DNA of 64,000 bases. Source: Meyerozyma guilliermondii. Its lineage: Eukaryota. Below are positions 1-11,467 of this stretch, in pieces (the stretch's first letter is position 1; every line of letters starts with the position of its first letter). The notes under the pieces were generated by a model, which ran no database searches, was not told where the DNA came from, and saw only the letters and a program-made list of their open reading frames with translations. The stretch spans positions 434,001-498,000 of the forward strand of contig CP128821.1 in assembly GCA_051546255.1 (NCBI GenBank). Reading direction: 5' to 3'. A program made the translations under genes and the position numbers.

Positions 1-469
1 CTTCCAGTGGAGCCGAAGGAGGAGTAGATCGGCGGCGACGACGAGAAACTGTGGAGTTTGTGAATGAGACTAATTGCGAGTAGTCAATTTGCCGTTTAGA
101 TTCGGCAGCAGGAGGAGCATACGACTCTGTCAGGTAATTACCGTACCCCATGGTGTAAGGATTGTTGGGGTTGGTTAGAGAGTATGGCTTGGATTGCGAG
201 GGCAGCATGTGTTGGTAGTAGTAGTAATCCATGGGCACATGTTGTGGGTATTGGAGAATTTGGTGGGAAGGGTGAGATTGGTGATGACTCTGATGGGCAT
301 GAGATTGGTGACTTTGGTGAAGATGGGGTGCTTGTTGGTTTTGGTTTGATTGGTTTTGGTTTAGTTGGTTTTGATTTGTTTGGTTTTGACTTGGTTGGTT
401 TAGTTGATTTTGACTTTGCTGGCTCAAGTTGATCGACGGAAGCTGGTGTTTGTCGCCATAATGAAACAT
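1..469 (-). CDS. Partial ORF running off the left edge; Q/N/H-rich N-terminus, possibly a transcriptional regulator
   Basis: Manual translation from ATG at 469: MFHYGDKHQLPSINLSQQSQNQLNQ...SRRRRRSTPPSAP, open to base 1. Absent from the ORF track because it has no stop. Confidence 0.7.
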   Translation of the reverse strand, partial: MFHYGDKHQLPSINLSQQSQNQLNQPSQNQTNQNQLNQNQSNQNQQAPHLHQSHQSHAHQSHHQSHPSHQILQYPQHVPMDYYYYQHMLPSQSKPYSLTNPNNPYTMGYGNYLTESYAPPAAESKRQIDYSQLVSFTNSTVSRRRRRSTPPSAPLE

Positions 470-1484
470 CGGTTGGGTATATTCAGGATACTGAAGAAAC
501 AGTTGTTGGGACTGTTGTGATGAAAGATGATAGTAAGGCGAAGGAAACGACATTGTAGGCGTGATGGTAGCAGCCACCATGGAGAAACTGGAAAAGGAAA
601 GATGTAACGGATACGGACCCTGTCAATAGTTTACAGAGTCTTGGCAACGGGGCGTTATGAGGCACTTATATAGAGTTTTCAGGGTGGTGCAGGAAGCGTA
701 AAAAATATTAAGCACGGGGCATAAACCGCGCAGCAGTTGTTAGTACAACTTGATTTAAAAATACCTTGGGCTGTGGAGCCGACGTTCCGAGTAAGAAATT
801 TTGTGGGTAATATGCATGAAGCCGTATCTTTGGTAGTGGGTGCATGTTAGGCTGTGCGGCTCAATGCAATGCATGGGTGAGTATTTTTAATTTTTTATGC
901 GTTTTACCCGGGATACCTTCAATTGTTGAGAACGATTTTTTTCTTTGATTGGAGGCGGGTATGCGGGAACTGTGGTAAATGTCTGCGTGCGGTGTTATTG
1001 CTTTTGGTTTTTCCAATTTTTTCTGGGGCAGGACGTGCACTGCCCGAGGTTTTACAGGTGAATCAATTGCAGATTGAGGCATTTTTTTTTGCGCCTCGCC
1101 CCTTTATCCCACCTCGTTGCGCGTCATGAAATGGACGATAAAATGTCAGTTTAATATGGGACGAGTTCGAGCTGTTATGAGTACTTATATCGTGATTTGC
1201 AGCCATTTTTAATCGAAGACTGCATCAACCTTCAATCGAAGCTTCATCGCAGCAGTTTTTTCTTGGCACTGGCGCGCCACCATTTGGTTACGAGGCTGGA
1301 TAATCGGATATGCATATGCCACCCCGCTCGCGCAGACTAGATGCAGTACGGGTCGATGCAAGTCTACGCGCAAACTGCATGGATTCTGCAGGATGATGAC
1401 TGAATCATTCGTGACATCTATCGTTGCATCGGGCCGAGGTAGCTTCACAAGGTCTTGTGATACATTTATTGCCGTTTCCATATT

Positions 1485-1596
1485 TAGTTTTCGGTTGTGA
1501 TCCGATTTTGTATGGTTAGTTTTCGGTTAGGTTCCGACTTTTCATTGGTTTGTTCTCGGTTATGTTCCGGTTGTTCATCTCGGTTACGCTCCGGTT
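1485..1596. repeat. Degenerate 24-33 bp minisatellite; each unit contains CGG-N7-CCG
   Basis: CGGTTGTGATCCG 1492, CGGTTAGGTTCCG 1524, CGGTTATGTTCCG 1557, CGGTTACGCTCCG 1581. Confidence 0.7.
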
Positions 1597-1703
1597 CGTA
1601 ACGACATGGTCCAATGTCCTATGATGTAATTGATTGTCGTATGTTTCTGATGTTTCTTGATTTGTCCTATGATTTATTGTCGTATGTTTTTTATGTAATC
1701 CTG

Positions 1704-2228
1704 CTAGTATTCTTGCACATTATTATTCGTATCAGTCACCTTACACTTTTCAATCTCAACCACGACCAATGCATTATCGCAATCGATATAAGTCTTGGCT
1801 TGGTCCTGGTCAATCTGATTGTTGTTAGAATGTAATGACCGATAGAACCCATAATTAGGATCATCGGTGGCAAGTATTTGTGCTTTTCCATCAAGCATCA
1901 CCGAAACGCTGCTGATTTCGTTTTTGTTAATATTGGCCAAAAGTTCATAGAGTGAGTTGCGGCGGCCCTCTCTGGGTTCTGTAGGAGCTTGCAGACTCTT
2001 TGCTGAGATCCAATCGTGAACAAGAAGCGAAACATGAGGATTTTCAACAATATTCTGGTATTTAGTGGAGTTTTCAGGGGTGCTGAAAATGACAAAATCT
2101 CCATCGCGATGGAGATACGTGTAGTTCATCAACGATACATGGGGCACGTTGTCGCGGCACGTACCCAAATGGACGTATCTGGTTGATTTGAGTAGATTTG
2201 TGACTGAATCCGGAAGCAGCGGTGCCAT
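1704..2228 (-). CDS. Pyridoxamine 5'-phosphate oxidase-like FMN-binding protein (YLR456W/YPR172W family)
   Basis: YVHLGTC..PHVSLMNYTY and KYQNI.ENPHVSLLVHDW motifs. Confidence 0.85.
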   Translation of the reverse strand: MAPLLPDSVTNLLKSTRYVHLGTCRDNVPHVSLMNYTYLHRDGDFVIFSTPENSTKYQNIVENPHVSLLVHDWISAKSLQAPTEPREGRRNSLYELLANINKNEISSVSVMLDGKAQILATDDPNYGFYRSLHSNNNQIDQDQAKTYIDCDNALVVVEIEKCKVTDTNNNVQEY

Positions 2229-2246
2229 AATAATCTCTGATAAATC

Positions 2247-2338
2247 TGTGCGAACAGTGCGAATAATCTGCGAAATCAGTGCGAATAATCAGTGCGAATC
2301 AGTGAGGAACAACTGTGCGAAATCATAAATCGTGCGAC
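2247..2338. repeat. Short degenerate GTGCGAA repeat cluster in a divergent promoter
   Basis: About 7 TGCGA(A) units between the 2228 ATG and the ORC4 ATG. Confidence 0.6.
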
Positions 2339-2396
2339 TTGAATTAGGAATCAACTACTCAATTATAGTAAGCCAGTTCGAGTAGGTCAGTATTCC

Positions 2397-3845
2397 ATGA
2401 CGGTGGCCCACGCTTCTTCCGGTCAGCCTCTTCCTCATGACTTACCGTCCCATTTTTCACCCACCGACATCAGCCGCGTCAAAAACCTCATCTTGTCCCA
2501 GTTAAATTCCCCCAAAGTGGCCAACTTTGAACTTTCCGGTCTCACAGACAAGTACAATGAATTGTGGGCCATGTTTGAGCACACGGTCCGCGATAGACAG
2601 GGGCTGTCTGTGCTCCTTATTGGACCACGAGCGGTAGGAAAAACCGCCATAATAAACCGCGCTTTGGACAAATTGGCAATTGACTATGATGGTCGATACA
2701 TAGTGGTTCGCCTTAGTGCGTACTTTCATCCTGACGAGCACGCGGCTGTTCGAGAAATTGCCCGGCAATTGGATATTAATGTCAAAAAAAACGACTCTTC
2801 GCACCAGTCGCAGTTTCAGCAGCCGGCCATAAACGACACTTTCAGCAACATTCTCAACATTCTCGACCATACCAGCTCCTCAGAGTCCATGGCGGTGATC
2901 TTTATTGTGGACGAAATCGACAAATTTACAGACAACAAACAGACACTTTTATACAACTTGCTTGACCTCGCACAGACATCGCAAGTGCCCATTTGCGTGG
3001 TGGGAGTTTCTACAAAAATTACCGTGAGAGAACTTTTTGAAAAACGAGTACGAAGCCGGTTCAGCCAGCGGGTGATTTCGTTGGCCAAGCCAGGGTCAAT
3101 TGACCACTTTTGGTCCGGTGCCAAACTCGCACTTTTGTTATCATCAAATAATATTTCGCAGTTGCAAGATGAAAATTACGGCCGGTTGTGGAACCAGTAT
3201 ATCGACTCGTTGTTCACGCAGTCGCCAATAGTAAAGAAGCTCGTTTATGAGTTGTACTATTCCACGAAAAATTACCGCCAATTCAACATCTACTCCACTT
3301 TTGCAATCGCACAAATTTCTCCACAGTGCCCGTTTCCTGTCGATACCCATTTTCTACACTACGCCAACGTCCAGCCTCCAGGAACTATCCAGGGCTTATT
3401 CCAGTCGCTCTCCACACTAGAATTGTTGCTTGCAATCGCCGCAGCCAGATGGATCGAAAAATTCGACTTGCAAACCATCAACTTCAACTTGGCCTACAAA
3501 GAATACGAAGAAATGATAAAACTGTTCAATATCAATTCCACCACCTTGGCAACATCGTCGCCGTCTCGAAGCGACACTCGCATTTTGACCAACATCAAAG
3601 TCAACCAAAAAGTGTGGTCTGCCAAAGTGTTGCGAAATAGCTGGGAGTCGCTCTACAGAATGGGTCTATTAATAGACCAGTCGGGCGTGTCCACCAATGC
3701 CGATGGCCATGTAATTTCCAATGCCCAGCTCAATAAAACCTACACCATTGAAGACAGCAAGATGGTGCAGCTCGACACAAACTTGGAGGAGATTGGCACC
3801 CGACTAGACGACCAGGACCCATTCAAGAGATTGACAAAGTTGTAG
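2397..3845 (+). CDS. ORC4: Origin recognition complex subunit 4
   Basis: AAA+ Walker A GPRAVGKT, Walker B FIVDEID, QTLLYNLLD and EKRVRSRFSQR signature. Confidence 0.95.
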   Translation: MTVAHASSGQPLPHDLPSHFSPTDISRVKNLILSQLNSPKVANFELSGLTDKYNELWAMFEHTVRDRQGLSVLLIGPRAVGKTAIINRALDKLAIDYDGRYIVVRLSAYFHPDEHAAVREIARQLDINVKKNDSSHQSQFQQPAINDTFSNILNILDHTSSSESMAVIFIVDEIDKFTDNKQTLLYNLLDLAQTSQVPICVVGVSTKITVRELFEKRVRSRFSQRVISLAKPGSIDHFWSGAKLALLLSSNNISQLQDENYGRLWNQYIDSLFTQSPIVKKLVYELYYSTKNYRQFNIYSTFAIAQISPQCPFPVDTHFLHYANVQPPGTIQGLFQSLSTLELLLAIAAARWIEKFDLQTINFNLAYKEYEEMIKLFNINSTTLATSSPSRSDTRILTNIKVNQKVWSAKVLRNSWESLYRMGLLIDQSGVSTNADGHVISNAQLNKTYTIEDSKMVQLDTNLEEIGTRLDDQDPFKRLTKL

Positions 3846-4098
3846 TGCATTTCGCATTTCGCATCTGTCAATTTTGTGCCATTTCGCATTTCATTTCACC
3901 TGTCAATTTTGTGTCATTTCGCTTTTGTCTGTCGCAGGCTGTCTCACCTTTTCCCACATTCTTATTGTGTGTGCGGCGCATTATTTTTTGAACTCGGCCG
4001 TGCATACTCTGATACACTTTGGGACAAATACTGCGAAACAGGCTTTAGGAAGGCTATGCATAAAACAAGGCTTGGACCCGGTTGGTGTCATTGTGGTC

Positions 4099-5775
4099 AT
4101 GATCACCAAAACGACAATGTTTAAGGTCGATACGTTTACGGAAACAAAAGAATTGGTTCAATATGATTTTGTACCATACAAAGAGATTTGCAGCTTATTT
4201 TCTATGATGATTATTCAACTAAACCTCAAAAAGTTGCCCACCCTGCAGAAAGTGGGCTTTCGCAAACACTTGCCGTTTACCTTTGGGGTTGACGAGGCGC
4301 ATGACGCACTCTCATCCATGACTTTGGCGCCTTCCAGGAACAATATTCTTTTTGAGATTCATTATGCAATCGATTCAAACCAAAAATCATCCATTCTACA
4401 AGCATTTTTCGATTGCCATTTCCTCCACTGTCCTCGAGCGAGAACACTTTCTAAACCCAGATCGGATGAATCCATGCAACCAACTGCAAAAGGTGTAGCA
4501 GTGCTCCATTCTTTCTGCATGCGTGTAGGCATGCCCACCGGTTTAATGCCGCAAATTATCAAGACGGCGTTCAATTCCATGCGCCTCTTACCCCTAGAAC
4601 GGGATAAAAATAACCGCATAATATGCTCACAAGCACTCTTGGTGCATGTCCTTTGTAAGCTAGTTGGAGATCCTCCTCGGACTTGGCGACCTGATGCTGC
4701 GCCTGACCCGATCCTGTTTCATGTAGAGGATTCCGGCGATGAAATCGGGGGCTTATATGGCTTGGACGAGGCTTCGGCGTGCTTTCAATTGTCGGCGGAA
4801 ACTTTCAAGCTGGAAACTTCCAAGCAAACGAGTCCGTATCACCATCCGTATTTCACCAATCCTGAATCGGACGCTCAGTTTCAGTATTATACGTCTTCAT
4901 TTGGAGCTCGTTTTCACCATATTGACGGAAAATATGTGGCATCGGCAAAGACCCTAGCTCAGTGGATATGTGACTGTACAGCAGTGGCTACAAAAGGTGA
5001 AGCACACCGCATTGTCGACATGTTCATAAACGCTAATTTTTTGCAGGCTTTTGAGTCACAACCAGGAACTGTGGCTAAACTGGTCGGTGGAGATCCTCTC
5101 TACTTTGTCACAGAAATTGAATTGAGTTCAACCAAAGACTATGATAGTCGAATCAGTGGTTTACAACATGTTATTTCTGATCCAGGATACAAGCTCTTGT
5201 TCAAAGATTTTCTATCGCTGACTTTTTGCGGTGAAAATTTGGAAGCATATGTTAATATTAGCAAGCTCACCAGAGGAGTAACCTCATTGATGGCTAACGT
5301 TGCGCCGTTATTATCACAAACCAACCTCAACATGGCAACCCAAACCAAACTAGTGTCGGTTCTCAAGTCTCTTATGTTCAGAGCATACCTGATATATTAT
5401 AGCCATTTCGATACCGATTCTCCCAGCCAACTCAATATTCCGTACGAAATGAGAATCAGGATTTCTCGAGCTGTTTCTGTTGCTAGATGTGTTCTCGATG
5501 ACTCGTGCTCTGAACAAACCAGTGAAATTGTCAACTCGGTGATGTCGGAACCCATACGGTCGCTAAGTTCCGAAAGTTCATCGGTGGATACTAAAGAAGA
5601 GACTCCGTTGATTGCAGAACTCATTGCATTGTTAGGCAAACTAAGTCGAATTTCCAAGGAGTTTATGGAAGCTGAGGAAGCACTCTTGAGGCTTCTTGAA
5701 ACCGACTCATTTCCCAACTTTATCCATAGCACATTGTACCAAAGGTTTCTACATCAGATTCATACACGTTGTTGA
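4099..5775 (+). CDS. Sst2-like regulator of G-protein signalling (DEP + RGS domains)
   Basis: PFTF..DEA, QPTAKGVAVL, HHPYFTNPESD.QYY; RGS motifs DPGYKLLFKDFL..FCGENL, QLNIP, LLETDSFPNF. Start ATG 4099 or 4117 (the track start is TTG). Confidence 0.8.
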   Translation: MITKTTMFKVDTFTETKELVQYDFVPYKEICSLFSMMIIQLNLKKLPTLQKVGFRKHLPFTFGVDEAHDALSSMTLAPSRNNILFEIHYAIDSNQKSSILQAFFDCHFLHCPRARTLSKPRSDESMQPTAKGVAVLHSFCMRVGMPTGLMPQIIKTAFNSMRLLPLERDKNNRIICSQALLVHVLCKLVGDPPRTWRPDAAPDPILFHVEDSGDEIGGLYGLDEASACFQLSAETFKLETSKQTSPYHHPYFTNPESDAQFQYYTSSFGARFHHIDGKYVASAKTLAQWICDCTAVATKGEAHRIVDMFINANFLQAFESQPGTVAKLVGGDPLYFVTEIELSSTKDYDSRISGLQHVISDPGYKLLFKDFLSLTFCGENLEAYVNISKLTRGVTSLMANVAPLLSQTNLNMATQTKLVSVLKSLMFRAYLIYYSHFDTDSPSQLNIPYEMRIRISRAVSVARCVLDDSCSEQTSEIVNSVMSEPIRSLSSESSSVDTKEETPLIAELIALLGKLSRISKEFMEAEEALLRLLETDSFPNFIHSTLYQRFLHQIHTRC

Positions 5776-5808
5776 GATTAGGTTACACTATAAATACACA
5801 AGAAGAAA

Positions 5809-7407
5809 TTATGCAATAGGGTCGAGGGTGGTACCCTTCTTGATAGTTGCCCAACCAATCAAACGCCAGTGCTTTTCGATACGTCTCGACAAGGCAATCT
5901 TTTCGTTAATCTCGGTACAGGCTGGAGAAGTCAATTGCAAACGAGCCATATCAGCCTTAACTGCCACCACTCTAGCACCAGTGGCTGTGGATCCAATATT
6001 CACCATCAACACCTCTCCAACTTCCAATTTGCGTACCTTGGCACCTTGCTTTTGGCCCTCGGTTTTAACTCCCAATAATCTTCTCAACAAAAAGTAGTTG
6101 ATTTCAATGTCAGTGTAAATCGATGGAAGGTTGCCCTTTGCACCCACAACTTGACCCACCAATCTGTCAGCTCTACACAACGTAGGATCCACCTTTGTAC
6201 CCAAACCAATCAACCCACCAGGCACGGCAAACTTCAAGTCATTGTGCTCGGCAAATAATGTGACAATATGAGAAAAGATGGGTTTACATTGAATCTTTCC
6301 ATTGTCGTCCTTGGTGACGATTCCCGGTCTGATTTCTATTTCGTCGCCAATTTTGAACACACCGTTCAAGATGGAACCACCAGCAACACCTCCTTTCAAG
6401 TCATCGATCTCAGAACCGGGTTTATTGACGTCGAAAGAACGAATCACGATCAACCGAGGAGATGCGGAAAAGTCACGAGGAGGAACGGGGATCGAGTTGA
6501 CTATGAATTGGTTCACGGCATCGATGTTGTACTTCAACTGGGCCGAGATAGGGACGATAGGTGCACCATCAGCGATGGTTCCTTTAATAAAATTCAAAAT
6601 CGATTTTTGGTGCTCCAACGCCGATTCTTCTCTCATAAGATCCACCTTATTTTGCAAGATGATAACATGTTTCAACTTCATGATTTCGATGGCTGCCAAA
6701 TGCTCCGATGTCTGCGGTTGAGGACATGATTCATTACCTGCAACCAAAAGTAAAGCGGCATCCATTACCGCAGCACCAGACAACATAGTACTCATTAAAA
6801 TATCGTGACCTGGACAGTCCACGAAAGAAACGTGTCTTACAAGCTTATAGCGGCCTTCGCATCCCTCACGCTGACACTTGGGTCTAATTTCCTTGTCTGA
6901 TTTGAACGATTTGTAGCAATCGGGCTCGGGACATTCTTCGTTGTCGCACTTGTATATCTTTGCATTGGCATACCCCAATTTGATGGTAATGTTTCTCTCC
7001 AATTCGTCCTTGAACCGCACGGTTTGAACTCCCGAAATGGCACGAACCACCGTGGACTTTCCGTGGGCGACATGGCCAATGGTTCCGATGTTAATTGTCG
7101 CCTGTCTATTGATAATTTCCGCCGACAATGGTGTCAACTGCGAAAAATCGGGGTTATCTGGCTGCTCCGGCAACCCACCACCTTCCTCAAACTCTTTTCT
7201 GGCCGCTTCCTCATCATATTCATCGTCTAAGCCGGCAAAAGCAACGGATTTTTTCTCTTTCGATCCTTCGGTTTGTGCATCTTCAACACCAGCTTCATTT
7301 TCACTCTCGATGTCGTGCTCATACTGGACGTCAAAGTCTCCGTCTTCCTCGAGATCGCCGCCAATCACAATACTGGGCGTGGCATTGTCAATATCGTCGT
7401 ATGACAT
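5809..7407 (-). CDS. GCD11: Translation initiation factor eIF2 gamma
   Basis: [40 protein letters not shown]; likely start MSYDD at 7407. Confidence 0.97.
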   Translation of the reverse strand: MSYDDIDNATPSIVIGGDLEEDGDFDVQYEHDIESENEAGVEDAQTEGSKEKKSVAFAGLDDEYDEEAARKEFEEGGGLPEQPDNPDFSQLTPLSAEIINRQATINIGTIGHVAHGKSTVVRAISGVQTVRFKDELERNITIKLGYANAKIYKCDNEECPEPDCYKSFKSDKEIRPKCQREGCEGRYKLVRHVSFVDCPGHDILMSTMLSGAAVMDAALLLVAGNESCPQPQTSEHLAAIEIMKLKHVIILQNKVDLMREESALEHQKSILNFIKGTIADGAPIVPISAQLKYNIDAVNQFIVNSIPVPPRDFSASPRLIVIRSFDVNKPGSEIDDLKGGVAGGSILNGVFKIGDEIEIRPGIVTKDDNGKIQCKPIFSHIVTLFAEHNDLKFAVPGGLIGLGTKVDPTLCRADRLVGQVVGAKGNLPSIYTDIEINYFLLRRLLGVKTEGQKQGAKVRKLEVGEVLMVNIGSTATGARVVAVKADMARLQLTSPACTEINEKIALSRRIEKHWRLIGWATIKKGTTLDPIA

Positions 7408-7493
7408 GTTGGTAATGAGTTGATCACTGAGGAAATTTTTCAAAGCATTTTTCATTCGCGGTCACGTGCCTACTACAGCTCTTACTCTATGTA

Positions 7494-9971
7494 CTATGTA
7501 TGGAACCCAAAGTCGTTCATAACGCTATCGACGTCCTTCCAGAGCAAGTCGCTGCTACTTATGTCGAGCGAGTCCATGTCGAAATGCTCGAGAGACTCAT
7601 ACATGGGCGACGGGTCTTGTTTCGCCAAGCCGGACGTCGCATTTTGGGCCATTTTTTGGTCCTGATTCGGCGACTGGTAAGATCCTTCAGATCTCATATG
7701 GGGAGACGTTTCGGTGCTGTTGTTCACCACGTTGAATATACTGCTGCGCTTGCTAACAGACATGGGCTGGGGATCCAAGGGAATTGTACGAATGATTTTT
7801 CTAGCAGTGGACTCAGCGTCCAAATTGTTGGATAAAGAACGAGGTTTTTTGGAACGACTAGATGTTGAGCTTGGTGTGGACTTGTTACTTTTCTGGTCCT
7901 CTGTGGGTGCAGTATCCTTATCCGACCCGGTGGCTCCGTCAAAGTCTTCATCTTCTTCTGAGATGGCTTCGTCGTCAACATTAGTGCCATTTCCATCGGT
8001 GCGATTATTGAGTTTTATCATGCCAACCTTCTCTCGGAGAAGATACAAGCAGTCAAAGAACACCGACGCTGCCATTCTTGTTCGGATACTTATGGTCCAA
8101 CTGGATATGTTTCGCTTATCCAAAGTTCGGAAAAGCTGCCACATACTTTTCATGATTCCACTGGATCTATAAGCAATATCATGCTTCAATACTGAAGCTT
8201 TAGCAGCCAATGAAATTGCTGTTTGGTACGTCTGGCGTCCAGAACCCACATCCACCACTTTCTGGAGCGGCGAGTGTGCTAGCTTTCCAATGATAAATGC
8301 TGCTTGCCATATACTGAGAATGTACACTCCAGGAAGATATTTCACAAACCGCTTGTCTTTTGTTTGGCACGAATGGACATGATTGACGAGGGTTATGGCA
8401 GCATTGTACAACCGTACCAATCCCTTTTGAAGCTCGAACGATGCCACGCGAGAAGTATCCATGAAATGGTATGTCAAGAGGTGTACTCTAGCAGTGAGAA
8501 TTTGGAATTTTCGGAATCCGTCAACGGCTTCATTTGCAAATTTGACCTCGAGATCGTCCAATTGACGGTTTAACACCTTGAGAAGTGGAAGTCTTTCCGT
8601 AGCATCGATCAAGCCATGGGGATCCATTGGGTTTGAATTGAGAGTTTTGGCAACTTGGTCTTCAAACTGGGCGATTTCTGTCATGAACATCAAAGTCTTG
8701 GGGATTTGCGCCGGCTGGATGGTGGAGATTGTGGGCTGAAGACTGGACATTGACGAGTCGAATTGAACAAACGCGGGAAACCCAAATGAAGATGCTATGG
8801 TTTGCGATACTATATTACACACGATCCAGGTTTTGGCTTGTTCCTGTGCCATTTCGATCTGCTGGGGAGTCTTGGTTCCGTCGGGATTTGGCGTTCTAGT
8901 ATGGAGTCCGATTCTAATTGCTTGGAAAAGAGCCACACCAATGGTGTTCCACGACGAGTCGGCACTGAGCGAGGAGGTGATGGGCGGCCAGAACGTGTAG
9001 AGCAAGAAAGCCTGGACGGAGTAGACCGAGCAAGCGTTGAAAATGGGTTCGTCTTCTTCGGTGGGGTTGTATCTTGTGATGGGGGAGATGGTGATTTCGG
9101 AAAGGATGTTTTTGATTAATGGGGCAAGTTCGAGGAGTAGAGTCTTTTGCGACTCGTCTCGAAACCGTCGAAGAGAAACGAACATTATGACCCAGAAAAG
9201 GGCAGGACAGAGACGGTAGATACGCTCGGGTCCTTTGGTCACCTCAACGACCGGGAGGATGGGGTGGTAGCAGTCAACAAACTCGAGGTAAAGATTGCGA
9301 ATCGTGTGTGGAGAAAGCGATACAGAATCGATGGTTTTTTCTTCACAAATAAGCGACTCTTCTTCGAGAACTGTTTGGTGGAATGGAGTCTCTGAGCGGT
9401 GGTCTAGAGGACGGAAAATCGACGGCATTTCCGGTGAGTTGTTGCTTTCAGAAGTGTTGTGTGACAACTCTGGAGCACGAATATTACCTGGAGAAAACAC
9501 CACTGGTGATGCTCGAGGATGAGTTTGGGCCATATGCGACTGTGGTATTTGTTCATTACTTCCCAACGGGATACCAGTACCAGATCCAGGTGCCGACGCC
9601 ACCTTGAGACGCTCTTTCAACTCCTCAAACTCTCGTTCAATCTGGGCTATCCGGGCTCTTTTATAGGTTCGTTTATAGTCACTCTTGAGTGTGCAATGGA
9701 GTCCTTTTTTGGCACATCTGGTACATGGTGCCGGGTGTTTCTGGTGCGAGTCACACCTGCTCTTCTGCTGTCTACAGTTCACACAAGCGATACGTTTTGG
9801 CCGGCCATTTACGCCAGAATTTGAAGATGGTTGGGTCTCAGGCTCGTAGGGTCCAGAACCAGAAGGAGTGTATCCCGCCGCCTCCTCGGCCTTGAGTTGA
9901 CTATTCAACTGGTGTAGCTCCTCCGACATGTTGGCTATATGGGCCAAGTTGTCTAGAGAGCTCAGGGTCAT
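7494..9971 (-). CDS. LEU3: Zn(II)2Cys6 transcription factor Leu3
   Basis: ACVNCRQQKSRCD..PCTRC..C.LKSDYKRTYKRAR and C-terminal WKDVDSVMNDFGF match Leu3 signatures. Confidence 0.9.
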   Translation of the reverse strand: MTLSSLDNLAHIANMSEELHQLNSQLKAEEAAGYTPSGSGPYEPETQPSSNSGVNGRPKRIACVNCRQQKSRCDSHQKHPAPCTRCAKKGLHCTLKSDYKRTYKRARIAQIEREFEELKERLKVASAPGSGTGIPLGSNEQIPQSHMAQTHPRASPVVFSPGNIRAPELSHNTSESNNSPEMPSIFRPLDHRSETPFHQTVLEEESLICEEKTIDSVSLSPHTIRNLYLEFVDCYHPILPVVEVTKGPERIYRLCPALFWVIMFVSLRRFRDESQKTLLLELAPLIKNILSEITISPITRYNPTEEDEPIFNACSVYSVQAFLLYTFWPPITSSLSADSSWNTIGVALFQAIRIGLHTRTPNPDGTKTPQQIEMAQEQAKTWIVCNIVSQTIASSFGFPAFVQFDSSMSSLQPTISTIQPAQIPKTLMFMTEIAQFEDQVAKTLNSNPMDPHGLIDATERLPLLKVLNRQLDDLEVKFANEAVDGFRKFQILTARVHLLTYHFMDTSRVASFELQKGLVRLYNAAITLVNHVHSCQTKDKRFVKYLPGVYILSIWQAAFIIGKLAHSPLQKVVDVGSGRQTYQTAISLAAKASVLKHDIAYRSSGIMKSMWQLFRTLDKRNISSWTISIRTRMAASVFFDCLYLLREKVGMIKLNNRTDGNGTNVDDEAISEEDEDFDGATGSDKDTAPTEDQKSNKSTPSSTSSRSKKPRSLSNNLDAESTARKIIRTIPLDPQPMSVSKRSSIFNVVNNSTETSPHMRSEGSYQSPNQDQKMAQNATSGLAKQDPSPMYESLEHFDMDSLDISSSDLLWKDVDSVMNDFGFHT

Positions 9972-10066
9972 TTATGTAGCCAATGTTCTTTGAGGTGATG
10001 ACTTTACGATTTAACAAAAATATCGTGAGATGGCCTGCACATACCGCGAAAATCCAATTTTGCACC

Positions 10067-11374
10067 ATGGGGTTCTGGGACACGATCAAGCAAACCAACC
10101 GGGATATATGGGTGCTATGGATCTCGGTGGTGTTTCGCATGGCTAGTTTTGCGCTAACCAACCAGGTATTGACGCTTTTTTTGAAACAAGTGGGAATTAA
10201 TGAGAAAAAAATAGGGTGGTTTATGACATTGACCTTGGTTGGAGATGTGATTATTTCGTACTTTTTGACATGGTACGCCGACACTTTGGGAAGGAGAAAC
10301 GTCATGCTCTTGGGTTCTTTGATGATGGCCGGAGCAGGCGCTGTTTTCTTTACTTGTTCCCGTTTTGAATGGCTTCTTCTCGCGGCCATTCTCGGAGTCA
10401 TTTCTCCTTCCGGTGACGAAACCGGACCGTTCAAATCCGTCGAGGAAGCTTGCTTAGCACACTTGACTCCACATAGCCACCGACCCGAGATTTTTGCTTT
10501 ATATGGATTATTGGCAAATTTGGGTTCCTCCATCGGTTCCCTCGCCGGCGGACTTGTAGTGGAAATTTTGAGTAACAACGGTATGGATTTGGAACGTTGC
10601 TACCGTCTTATTTTTGCAGTTTACTCGGGTGTGGGAATCCTCAAGTTTGTCTTCATGTGGTTTTTGACGGAAAAATGTGAAGTTCACCACCACAGAACTG
10701 AAGACTATGGTGAAGAAAATGGCAGTAGCGATGACGAATTGAGACCTCTCGTCGCATCCACGAGCCTCTCCCCTTCGTCAAAGCACCACTTGTACCCACT
10801 TTTGGCAGTTTTCATGCTCGATTCTCTTGGGTATGGGTTCATGCCTGCCGCATGGGTGGTATACTACTTTAGAACCGTGCTCAAAATGACAGCAGCGGGA
10901 GTAGGAATCTTGTTCTTCTTTTGCAGTCAAATCGACTCGTTTTCGAGCATCCCATCGGCTATGTTTGCCCGGGCTTTGGGTCCAGTTAAAGCCATGTTTG
11001 CTACCCAAGCTCCATCGGCAGTTTTTTTCATTAGTATTGGTTTAACGTCGCTGGTTCCTATCGCTTGCACTCTTTTGGTTTTGAACTTTGCTACCCAGAC
11101 CATGGATGTGGTGCCTCGGCAACTCCTTCTTACATCGATTATGCCACCCCAGGACCTCACCAAGGTGATGGGAATTGTAAATATAGGCAAGACATTTGCC
11201 CGCTGTGTGGGCCCAATTTTCACCGGAAAACTTGCTACCCACGGAAAGTTGTTCTATGGATTCTTTATCAATGGTGCATGTGTGTTGATGGCGGACTTTC
11301 TTCTTGCAACCAACTTTCTTCATATGGACGCAGACATTTTAGCGAAGCAGTCCAACTACGAAAGAATTGAATAA
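10067..11374 (+). CDS. MFS membrane transporter, unknown substrate
   Basis: About 12 hydrophobic segments; ADTLGRR motif A; VISPSGDETGPF; first ATG at 10067. Confidence 0.85.
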   Translation: MGFWDTIKQTNRDIWVLWISVVFRMASFALTNQVLTLFLKQVGINEKKIGWFMTLTLVGDVIISYFLTWYADTLGRRNVMLLGSLMMAGAGAVFFTCSRFEWLLLAAILGVISPSGDETGPFKSVEEACLAHLTPHSHRPEIFALYGLLANLGSSIGSLAGGLVVEILSNNGMDLERCYRLIFAVYSGVGILKFVFMWFLTEKCEVHHHRTEDYGEENGSSDDELRPLVASTSLSPSSKHHLYPLLAVFMLDSLGYGFMPAAWVVYYFRTVLKMTAAGVGILFFFCSQIDSFSSIPSAMFARALGPVKAMFATQAPSAVFFISIGLTSLVPIACTLLVLNFATQTMDVVPRQLLLTSIMPPQDLTKVMGIVNIGKTFARCVGPIFTGKLATHGKLFYGFFINGACVLMADFLLATNFLHMDADILAKQSNYERIE

Positions 11375-11467
11375 AGAAGAAAAAAGAAGGAAAGAAAAGA
11401 AGAAAAGAAGAACAAAATAAATAGAATAAAATAGACTTCCTTCTCTAGTCTGTTCATGCATCATTAT

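Noticed and set aside
184..432. 82-aa G/F/D-rich ORF on +
   Set aside because: Antisense shadow of the Q/N/H-rich minus-strand ORF
7494..9971. Calling the zinc-cluster gene SEF1
   Set aside because: The cluster linker (KRTYKRAR) and the C-terminal WKDVD..MN.F.F match Leu3
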